Part shown: positions 53,410 through 64,000 of the stretch, one piece after another
Layout: the number at the start of each line of letters is the position of its first letter
Position numbering within the stretch: position 1 is the stretch's first letter
Origin: Cenococcum geophilum
Lineage: Eukaryota
Direction: 5' to 3'
Assembly: GCA_050273025.1 (NCBI GenBank)
Contig: CP158635.1
Coordinates: 30,628,001 to 30,692,000 of the forward strand
Length of the DNA stretch: 64,000 bases
The notes under the pieces: model-generated
Seen by the model: the letters and a program-made list of their open reading frames with translations, nothing else
Databases searched by the model: none
Told to the model about the DNA's origin: nothing
Program-made: the position numbers and the translations under genes

Positions 53410-53904
53410 TTTTAGTATTTTATAAACTCTTTTTTGTTACGGACGCTTTAAGTATAATATTACGACTACTAGGAGAGGAGTTAGAGGAAGCTAGTTGGTT
53501 AATTTAGGCACGGTCTAGGATAGAGCCAGTAGAGCTATGTGAGGAGGAATGGTAGCCGAGGTTATATAATATGCTACGTATTAAACGAGAGGAATAGGAG
53601 GAACTTACGTACCTTATATATAAGGCGTATATTACGTATAAGAAGGATTTTATAGGAGTACGGTTGTGTATTTAAGGACCCTTAGTCTCTACCTAGATAG
53701 TTCCTTCCTTATAGTAATTCTCAGAATATAATTGGAGTTAATTTATTGGGCAACCACTCCACCAGTTGTTATTACGTTGTTGACTTTTATACTTATATTT
53801 CCTATATACCTAGCCCAATAATAAGCCCACTGTAGTACCTGCTATAAGGTTCCGTTATATAATTACTACCTAGTTACGGTATTAAGGACAGAAAGTTAAA
53901 TAAC

Positions 53905-56900
53905 ATGCTACTAAAAGCAGCCACTATGACGCCATTGACGGCAGCAACTACTTTAAGATCAGGAAATGATACTAGTATGGCAGATACTAACTTATAGCAA
54001 CCTATAACGGTCGGATAACTATAAGAGGTAATTAACTAGTTAACAGCTAACAATGCAGCGTTGGAAGAAAGGGTTAATAGGATTAGGGCGGCAAAGGTTA
54101 AGTTACTATTAATTAAAAGATTCTTAGGAGAAAGATTAAAGCTTAAGGGATTCCTTATATAAATGCACTTTAAGGTTACACAGGAAGGAGCTAAGCTACT
54201 AATACCTATGGATTGAATAGCCTATGCGGGACTATTCCTATTGGGAAGAGTACTTAAATAGTTTAAGCCTTACCTTATGGAAATATAGATAAATGGAATG
54301 ACGACCACTAACTAAGACATACGGTTTATATTCTTAAGCTAGGAAGGATTTATAGAGCAACTTATATAGATATTTGGAGATCTAGAGTTAGTAACTATAG
54401 CGGAAAGAAAACTTTAAGACATTACGTAACAAACCTTAGTAATTAAGTATATAACGTAGTTCCAGACGTTAGCGATATAAGTAGAATAGAATAATAGGGC
54501 GCTTATGGCATAGTATAAATAAGGACTTAAGGCTAAAGTCTAGGACGTAATTATCCTAATAGAAGATGCGGATACCCTAAGAGAGTTAATAGATTAAGCG
54601 ATTAAGATTAATAATTAGATCTACTAAAGGGAACAGGCTAAGAGAGGTTAGGATAGAGTTCTATAGTTATATAAGGCGTAGAGTACGTAACAACTAAAGC
54701 TAAGAGAGAAACTATAGTATGGCGTAGAGCTAATGGACCTAAGTAGTACTAAAGAAGCCTATAAGAGATGGAGTAAGAAACTATAAAAACCTAAAGGTTA
54801 AGGATCTAGTAATTATAGGACTAAGGAGCAGAGGCTAAACTAGGGATCTTAGCAGTAGAAGACGTTTAGGCGGACTCTATAGTAAAGTTAATGGTTTAAA
54901 GATAGAGCTTATATAAATTGTGGAAAACAGGGTTATTTTATAAGGGATTGTAAAGATGGTTAAAGTTACTATATAATAAAGGGAACCCGACCACTAGTAG
55001 AAGATATATATATACTAAGGGATGATAGTATACTACGAAGAATAAAAGAGTGTTTAATTAGAAGTTTTGCGTTTTATTATAACAATATATACTAAATTTA
55101 TAAAGACGCTAAATATAGCGTAAGCTATTGGCTATAAGAGCCAAAATTTATAGAGTATAGAGGAACCAATAAACCAGTTCGTAGATTGGACATTAAGGAC
55201 GATAAATTTAATATAGGCGAAATATTTTATGATAATAAGGCAATAAAGGCGGCTTACTAGGAGCACGCAGTCCTCGGAGATATTATACTAGAGGTAGAGG
55301 ATAATTCCACTATAGAATAGGGAATATTAGTAGGGATTAAGACCCTACTAAACACGATGTCTATCGCTTTATAAGACGTAAGAGAAGTAAGATAATAAAC
55401 TACTTTGGTACTTAATAAAGGCAAGAAGCTAAAGGCTTAAGATTTTTAAGACGAGATAAGAGATAACTAAGATTCTTAAGATAAGATAAGGCAGACCTAA
55501 GGGCCCATAATAGACAGAAACTAATAGAGTAGGGCAGTAGCTTAGTTTAAAGATATATAAATAAGCTCGGGATAGAGTTTCCTATAGGTATAAGATTCTT
55601 AAGATAAGATAAGTAAGATTTAAGACTCTTAAGACGAGACGAGAACACTAAATAAGCCTAGTTAGACTAAGGCTGGGGCAAAGCTTAAGTTAGAAGTAAG
55701 CTTAGAATTAAGAATCCTATAGGACTAAGACTTTAAGACACAAATAAGGACTATTAACTAGATTAGAGAATTTGTAGTATAAATAGTAACTAGACTAGGA
55801 AACAGATATATAGACCTAGAAGACTTACTAGGGGAATGTAGTGTTTAGCCTAAAGACTAAAGAGTTAATAGTAAGATTAAGAAGTAAGAAGACTTTAAGG
55901 ATCCACTCATAAGACGCGAAAGGAAAGAAACTATAGAGGAGTTTAGAGTAAGAATTACCTTATAGCAAGAATAGAAACTAGATAAGAGATCTAGTATATT
56001 GGGATATATAAGGGATAGAGCGCTAGTACAAAGAATTACTAATAGGCCTAGAGTAGGTATACTAAGGGCTAAGTAGCTTATTAAACTAGAATAAGAAGAG
56101 GATCTAGGGATTCTAACTAGGTTCAAAGAACGATATATAAAGGGCTATTATAATATAGTAATAAGAAGATACTTTCTTACGAACGAGCCGTATACACTCT
56201 AGCAGCTATACTAAAAGTAGTATAGATAAAGGCATAATAATAAGTGGGAAGATTTCTATATATAGTTAGACGAGAAAGTTATTTAAGACTACTTAATTAT
56301 AGAAAAAGCAATAAGTTATATTAAGGGAGCCTTAATTATAATATTAAAGAATCTAAAGGAACGTTTAGAGGACTAGAGAAGCGAAAGACGTATCTTAGTA
56401 CCTGTAAATAAAGTTATAACGTTTAGATTAATATAATAGAGGTTTAAACTTAAGGATAAAGACGAGCTAAGAGTTAACCTAAGACACTAAGTATATTATA
56501 TACTGGCGTGGATTATATACGTGGGCGATGCGTGTAATATACATAAAGTACTAAAGGATAAGCATTAAAAATACCCTATAAGAATGTATTGGTTAGTAAA
56601 AGAATAGAAGTATTAAAACGCTAAGTATATATATAGCTGGCATCTAGTAAAAGTTTAGGAGTTAGGAGACTTAATACTTTAGCTAGAAAGATTCCTTACG
56701 GAAGAATACCTAGATAAATAATAGTGGTAGAAATGCCTAGAGAACACGTATCTATAGTATATTAAAGATAAAAAGCGAACTAAGTATTAGCTAAAGGTAA
56801 ACTAGGTATAAACAGGATTTAGTTAGGAAAAGTAGAGGCCTATAGAACTAGAGGGAGCTAATAGTAGAGCCTTAGACCCTTAAAGGAATTTAAGGATAAC

Positions 56901-59900
56901 ACCTAAATTTATAAGTTAAATAGTAAGATTAATAGTTTAAAGTACTAATAGATAGTAAAGTAATAAGGAACTATATCTTACTAGTAGCAGTTAAAAGAAT
57001 GGGATTACTACACAGAAAAAAGGAGCACCCTTATTTATTAGTGATAATTTTAGGAGATCTGATAGCCTATAGAGGAGGTATTATTAATCTTAAAACAGGA
57101 CCTATTTAGTTAACTATTAAAGGGAGATAAATCAAGATGTCGTTTAATATATTACTATTAGGAAATAATAAGGTAGTACTAGGAATACCTTAGTTATAGG
57201 AATATAATCTAAAGATTAATTAGGCTATAGGTTAAGTTAATATTAAGGATACTTAATAACGTAAAACGCGATAATAAGCTAAGTTAGTATAATACTAAGT
57301 TAAAGTAATATATAAAGAGACTAAGCAGAGCTTAAGTTATATACTAAAGAGATACTATAAGTATGGTAAGAAACTATAGTTACTAGAAAGTAAAAAACTA
57401 GTAGAGTATATAGTATAGGATTATAAGATAGAATTAGAACTAGGAATAAGTTTAAGGTTTTTTCTAATCTATAAGCTTACTAAAGAAGAAGATAAAGCAC
57501 TAAAAGAGTTTATTTAAGAAAACTTATAAAAAGGATATATTAGACTATTATAGTTATTAGCGGGTTATCTAGTACTATTCGTACTAAAAAAAAATGGTAA
57601 ACTAAGGCTGTGTATTAACTATAGATAGTTAAATAGTATTGCTAGAAAGGATAAGTATCCTTTACTCTTAATTAGCGAAATCTAGAATAGGATAGGTAAT
57701 GCGCAAATCTTTACAAAAATAGATCTAAGATAGGCGTGCTATTAGATTAGGATTAAGAAAGGTAACAAATAAAAGGTAGCCTTTAGGTTAAAGGAAGGAC
57801 TATATAAGCTATTAGTTATATAATTTAGGCTTATAAACGTACTAGTAATGTTCTAGAAGTATATTAATAATATATTAGGGGAATACTTAGATAAATTTGT
57901 TATGGTATATCTTAATAATATTATTATCTACTCTATAACTAAGGAAAAACACAAAGAACACGTTAAATAGGTCTTAAAGAGACTATAAAAAGAATAGATG
58001 CTAGTAGTAATTAAGAAATACGAGTTCTTTACTAGGAAGACCAATTTTATTAAATTTATTATTAAACTAGACTAACTTAGTATAGATTTAAAAAAGATTA
58101 AGGCTATAATAAATTAGTAAGAATTAGAGAATATTATATAGTTAAGATTATTTCTAGGGTTTTATAATTACTGTAGGAGGTTTATAGCGCAATAGTTAAA
58201 GGATATTAAACTATTTACGCAGTTAACGAAGAAAGAAGAACTATAGGTATAGGGAGAGGAATAAAAAAGACTTTTTAGAAAAGTTAAAGAGTTATTTACC
58301 TAGGAGCTAGTTCTTAAGATCTATTAACTAAGACTAGAAACGGTTATAAAAATAGATATATTAGACTATATACTAGGGGTATACTTTATATAGAGGCATT
58401 AAGATAGATAGCATCTAGTAGCATACTATAGTTAAAAGATAACACTACTAGAGTTAAACTATGACATTTACGATAAGGAGTTATTAGGTATAGTTATAGC
58501 ACTAAAAAAATAGAGAGAATTCTTATAAAGTATAAAAAAAAAACTATTTATAGTTAAGATAGATTATAAGAACCTAATAGGATTCCTAATAATAAAGGAG
58601 CTTAATTAAAGATAGGTTAGATAGGCAGAAATGCTTATAGAATACTATTTTAAGATTTAGTATACTAAGGGTATAGATAATATATAAGTAGATACTCTAA
58701 GTTGGAAAGCTAAACTATAAAATAATAAGAAGCCATTAGGGGCTTTACTGTAAAAAGACACAGATGGACTAATTAGGTATAATTATCTAAAAATTATAGC
58801 AACTTAAGAGAATAAGGAACTAGAAAGAATCTATAAAACACTAGAAAGCTTTTAGGTATAAAGAATTCTAAAAGTATAACTAGAAGGTCTATAGACGGAT
58901 ATCTATAAAAACTAAGAAGCTAAGTATATCCTAAGAAGTATAGCAAAGTAATTTATAGAAGATTTCTATAAGGGAATGACTTAAGGACATAATAGAGCTA
59001 TAGGCTTAGTGTTAAGACTCTAAGAGGAGTATATTATTAATAGAATTTAGGGCTTAGTATAAAAAGTTATAAAGGAATATCTAGATTGCTAAAGAAATAA
59101 ACTAATAAGGCATAAGCTATATAGAGGGCTATAACCTATTAAAGTACCAGAAAGACTATAGGAAGTTATATTATAGGACTTTATTATTAAGTTACTAAAA
59201 TTAAGAGACCTTATTACTAGATAAGATTATAATATAATTTTAGTAATAGTAGATAAGCTTATAAAGTAGGGATACTTTATAGTATATATAGAAGAAATAT
59301 TAGTAGAAGATATTGCTAGAATCTATATTAAAGAAGTGTTTATAAAATATAAAGTATTAAGTAAAATTATATTAAATAGAGATCTAAGATTTATAGTAGT
59401 ATTTTAGAAGGTATTTTTAGCGGAATAAGGAGTTAAAGCAGTAACTTCTACTGTATATTATCTATAGACAGACGGTTAAATAGAGAGATTAAATTAGACA
59501 CTAGAGCAGTATTTAAGACATTATATTAATTATTACTAGTTATATAATTTGTATATAACGTAACACCTTAAGAAGGAATAGGTATATTACTATTTAAGGC
59601 AAATTATAGATATAAGCTAAGAATATCGTTGTTACTATAATAAATAAAGAAGATAAGTAGTACGGCTAAAAAAAGAATAAAGATATTAATAAATCTTTAT
59701 ATAGACCTTATAGAATTAGTAAAGAAAGTATAAAAGAAAATAAAAAGGTACTATAATGCTAAGAGATCTAAGGGACTAGATCTTAAGGAGGGAGATAAAG
59801 TGTGGCTACTATATAAAAAATTTAAGTGTTAATAATTAAGTAAGAAGTTGGACTATGTTAGACTAAGACCTTTTAAAATTACGTAGAGGATTTTATAGGT

Positions 59901-60219
59901 TATATTTAAGTTAAACCTACTAGCTAGAATAAAGATCTACCCTATATAATATATTGTAATGCTAAAGCCAGTATACGGAAATATTAAGCTACTAGTTTAC
60001 GATGTAGATACGTATAAAGGACAGGAAGAAGACAAATAGTAAGTTTTAAAGATCGTTAGTTATAAGGACATTAATAACAAAATATAGTATAAGGTTAAGT
60101 AGATAGGCTATAATAAGACTACCTAAAAGCTATTAAAGAATTTAAAGAATGCTATAGGAAAGGTATAGGAGTATTAAAAGAAATTAGGTTAAGTAGTATT
60201 AATAAAAAAGGATCGCTAA
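53905..60219 (+). pseudogene. gag-pol of gypsy A2 (RIPped)
   Basis: ATG 53905; zinc knuckle C.NCG..GH..RDC ~54910; protease ~56945; RT YLDD-like ~57907; RNase H; integrase; chromodomain ~60035-60180. Confidence 0.9.
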
Positions 60220-60803
60220 AAAATAAGTTACCTAAGGCGGACCTAAGAAGAGCAGTTACTAAACTATTTAGATCTATTTCCTTCTTTATTAGAAGAGAAT
60301 CTATTCTTTTATTACCTAGTTCCTATAGACCCTATTTTATAAGTTTCTACTCTTTAGAACGCACCTTTTTATAAACCTTCTTAAGACGGAGTAGGTAAGT
60401 AGACGCCGCGATATAAGCATTTAGGGCTTTCTATTCCGTATCCTAAAAATATTCTAACTTAGTAAAGGCTTAAGACAGTTTAATATCTAGCTGTATAGTA
60501 GTAGATTAAATATAAAACCTTAAGACAAATTAATTAGGGAACTAGACGACTATTAAGAGTAATAAATCGCGTATATTTAGCATTAAAAGTAGAGTAAACG
60601 TCATAGGACGAATAAATATTTGCTTTAGTGCACTTTAAGTAAGAGAACGGTTATTGCAAAGATGGGTTCGCTAATGTAATATAAACCAACCCCTCTTTTA
60701 AATAGCGAGAATATGGAGATGGTATAATCTTACTAAGAGATAATATTGCAGTAATAGTGCGAGCACAACGTTGGGCGTATAAAGAAGAAATTGCTTTAGG
60801 TAT
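60188..60803 (-). pseudogene. Antisense Zn(II)2Cys6-like gene of gypsy A2
   Basis: Homolog of 2379-2993; Cys codons appear as TGC or RIP products TAT/TAC at the same positions. Confidence 0.7.
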
Positions 60804-61832
60804 AATAAGTAATAATATTAACTAAATTAATTAAACGGATATTATACCTCTAGTAAACAACTTAGAGATATTTTAAAATTTTAAGGATGAAGATAAAGAG
60901 GAGGGAGATGGTATTACGGACGCTTTAAGTATAATATTATAACTACTAAAAGAGAAGTCGAAGGAAGCTAGTTAGTTAATTTAGGTATAGTTTAGGATAG
61001 AGCCGGTAGAGCTATATAATGAGGAATAGTAGCCAAGGTTATATAATATGCTATATATTAAATAAGAGGAACGGGAGGAACTTATATACCTTATATATAA
61101 GGCGTATATTATATATAAGAAGGATTTTATAAGAGTACGGTTGTGTATTTAAGGACCCTTAGTCCCTACCTAGATAGTTCTTTCCTTGTAGTAATTCTTA
61201 GAATATAATTAGAGTTAATCTGTTAGGCAACCACTCCACCAGTTATTATTACGTTATTGACTTTTATACTTGCATTTCCTATACACTTAGCCTAATAATA
61301 AGCCTACCGTAGTACCTGCTACAAGGTTCCGTTACATTTTTAGTTAATTATTTTCTTAAGTTACTATTAGCTTAGGGTGATTATATCTAATATATCTATC
61401 CTTATCTTTGCGTAGCATTGCTCCTAATGGCCTTTTATTATTCTATAATTTAGCTTTTCTACTAAGTGCATCTACTCTTATATTTTTAGTTCTTTTAGTA
61501 TACTAAATCTTAAAATGGTATTCTATAAGCATTTTTACCTATCTAACCTATTTGTAATTAAGTTCTTTTATTATTAGGACCCCCATTAAGTTCTTATAAT
61601 CCGTTTTAACTATAAATAGTTTTTCTACGCCTTATAAGAATGCTCTTTATTCCTTAAGTACTATAACTATACCTAATAACTCCTTATTATAGACGTTATA
61701 GTTTAACTCTAATAGTATTATCTTTCTACTATAATATAATACTAGATGCCATACGTCCTTATATTTCTATAGTAACTATACTTTTAGTATAGAGTCTAAT
61801 ATATTTATCTCTATAACCGTGTCTAGTCCTAG

Positions 61833-62025
61833 TATAACGGCTTAAATTATTAAATAAATATCTTAACGGGGACTTAAACAAATGCTTATAAGATTAAGCG
61901 AACGAATGCTGTATTATAAAGATATTAAGCTAAGGAGCAAGAAAAGGTAGTGAGGCCACGTCTATATATATATGCCAAGTCTTAAGCAAATCCCTGACTA
62001 GGTGACGCGCTCCGGCGCCATTACA
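61833..62025 (+). mobile_element. Solo LTR, 3' half related to family S
   Basis: ta(=tg)taacgg...ccattaca; TSD CCTAG (61828-61832 / 62026-62030). Confidence 0.88.
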
Positions 62026-64000
62026 CCTAGTTAGTAGATTTTAAGGATTAGCTCTTAGGCAAATAGCTCCTTAAGTTCCTTAAATAACTTCTCTTATTTA
62101 TCTCCCTATGCCTATAGTTCCTCCTTCTTTATAAGCCTGGTAAACGGTTTAATATTCTTTAACTATTGTGCTATAAACCTCTTATAGTAGTTACAAAATC
62201 CTAAAAATAACCTTAACTATATTACATTCTCTAGTTTTTACTAACTTACTATAGCTTTAATCTTCTTTAGGTCTATACTAATATAACCTAGTTTAATAAT
62301 AAATTTAACGAAATCGGTCTTCCTTATAAAGAACTCGTATTCCTTAATTACTACTAGCATCTATTCCTCTTATAGTCTCTTTAAGACCTATTTAATATAT
62401 TCCCTATATTCTTTCCTAGTTATTAAGTAAATAATAATATTGTTAAGGTATACTATAATAAACTTATTAAGGTGTTCTCCTAATATACTATTAATTCTTT
62501 TTTAAAATATTATTAGTGCATTTATTAACCCAAATTATATTACCAATAGTTTATATAGCCCTTCTCTTAACCTAAAAGCTGCCTTCTATTTATTGCCTTC
62601 CTTAATTCTAATTTAATAGTATACCTATCTTAGATCTATCTTTATAAAGATTTACGCGTTACCTATTTAATCTTAAATTTCGCTAATTAAGGGTAAAGAA
62701 TATCTATCCTTTTAAGTGATGCTATTTAACTATCTATAGTCAATACATAGCCTAAGTTTTCCGTTCGTCTTTAGTACGAATAATACTAGATAACCTACCG
62801 ATAACTATAATAGTCTAATATATCCCTTTTATAAGTTCTCCTAAATAAACTCTTTAAGTACTCTAAACTCTTCTTTAGTAAGCTTATAGGTTAGAAAGAA
62901 CCTTAGACTTATTCCTAGTTCTAACTCTATTTTATAATCCTATACTACGTATTCTACTAGCTTTTAACTTTCTAGGCTCTATAGCTTCTTTCCATATTTA
63001 TAGTATCTCTTTAGTATATAACTTAAGCCTTACTTAGTCTCTTCGTATATCACTCTAACTTAGTACTATACTAACTTAGTTTACTATCGTATCTTATAGT
63101 ATTAAGTATCTCTAATATTAACCTATCCTGTAATCTAATTAATCTTTAGGTTATATTCCTATAATTAAGACATTCTTAGTGCTACATTATCTCGTCCTAA
63201 TAGTAGGATATTAAAAAACATCTTAATTCATCTTCCTTTAATACTTATTTAAATAGGTCCTATTTTAAGGTTAATAATCTCTCCTCTATAGGCTATTAAA
63301 TCTCCTAAAATTATAACTAATAGGTAAGGTTGCTCCTTTTATCTATAAGGTAATCTTATTCTTTTAACTACTACTAGTAAGATATAGTTCCGCGTTACTC
63401 TACTATCTATTAGTGCCTTAAACTGTTAATCTTACTAATTAACTTATAAATTTAGGTATTATTCTTAAATTCCTTTAAGGGTTTAAGGCTTTACTACTGG
63501 CTTCCTCTAGTCCCGTAGGCCTCTACTTTTCCTAACTATTAGCTGTTTAATCCTATCGCACTTAGCTCGTTCTTCGGCTAATACTTAGTTTGCTTTTTAT
63601 CTTTAATATACTATAAATATATATATTTTAGGTATTTCTACTACTATTATTTGTCTAAGCATTTTTCCGTAAGAAATCTTCCTAGTTAAAGTATTAAGTC
63701 TCCTAACTCTTAAACTTCTATTAGATGCTAGCTATATATATACTTAGTATTTCTATACTATTGCTTATCTAGCGCCTAATATATCCTTATAGGGTATTTC
63801 CGGTTCTTTTCTTTTGGATTTTTATGCATTTTATATATATTATTTATATATACAATCTATAATAGCGTGTAGTATACTAGGTGCTTTAGGTTAACTCTTA
63901 ACTTATCTTTATCCTTAAGTTTAAACCTTTACCATATTAATTTAAACGTTGCGACTTTATTTATAGGTACTAAGATACGTCTCTCGCTTCTTTAGTCCTC

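Larger units (their letters stand above)
53435..61336 (+). mobile_element. Full-length gypsy chromovirus family A copy 2, nested in copy 3
   Basis: LTRs 53435-53859 and 60912-61336; TSD TTTTT; PPT gagggagatgg at 60901. Confidence 0.95.
52305..64000 (-). mobile_element. Family A-related gypsy (copy 3), cut within the integrase at 52305, interrupted three times, continuing beyond the window
   Basis: 52305-53434 aligns with A1 ~3425-4385; 61342-64000 aligns with A1 ~4385-6836 (RNase H, RT, protease ALIDSG ~63400). Confidence 0.9.

Overview
AT-rich, heavily RIP-mutated (C>T/G>A, TpA-rich) transposon nest from a filamentous ascomycete. No intact gene is present, and the supplied ORF track is almost entirely artefact. 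Protein readings below were obtained by manually reverting RIP transitions, so they are inferences. The outer layer from <1 to ~52.3 kb looks like one large DNA transposon (~20 kb once nested insertions are removed). It carries a Plavaka-family (CACTA/EnSpm-related) transposase, a SNF2 ATPase, a fragment of an Hrr1/ZNFX1-like helicase, a DUF6532-like gene and several unknown ORFs, and it abuts a truncated Ty3/gypsy copy on the right. Nested inside it are: a CCC...GGG MITE; a 7.9-kb chromovirus with an antisense Zn(II)2Cys6 gene; an 11.25-kb gypsy with an extra PhyH-like 2OG-Fe(II) dioxygenase ORF; two 6-kb Ty1/copia elements; a foldback element; two solo LTRs; and two non-LTR retrotransposon 3' stubs. 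Right of 52.3 kb a minus-strand gypsy is interrupted by a second full chromovirus copy and two more solo LTRs.
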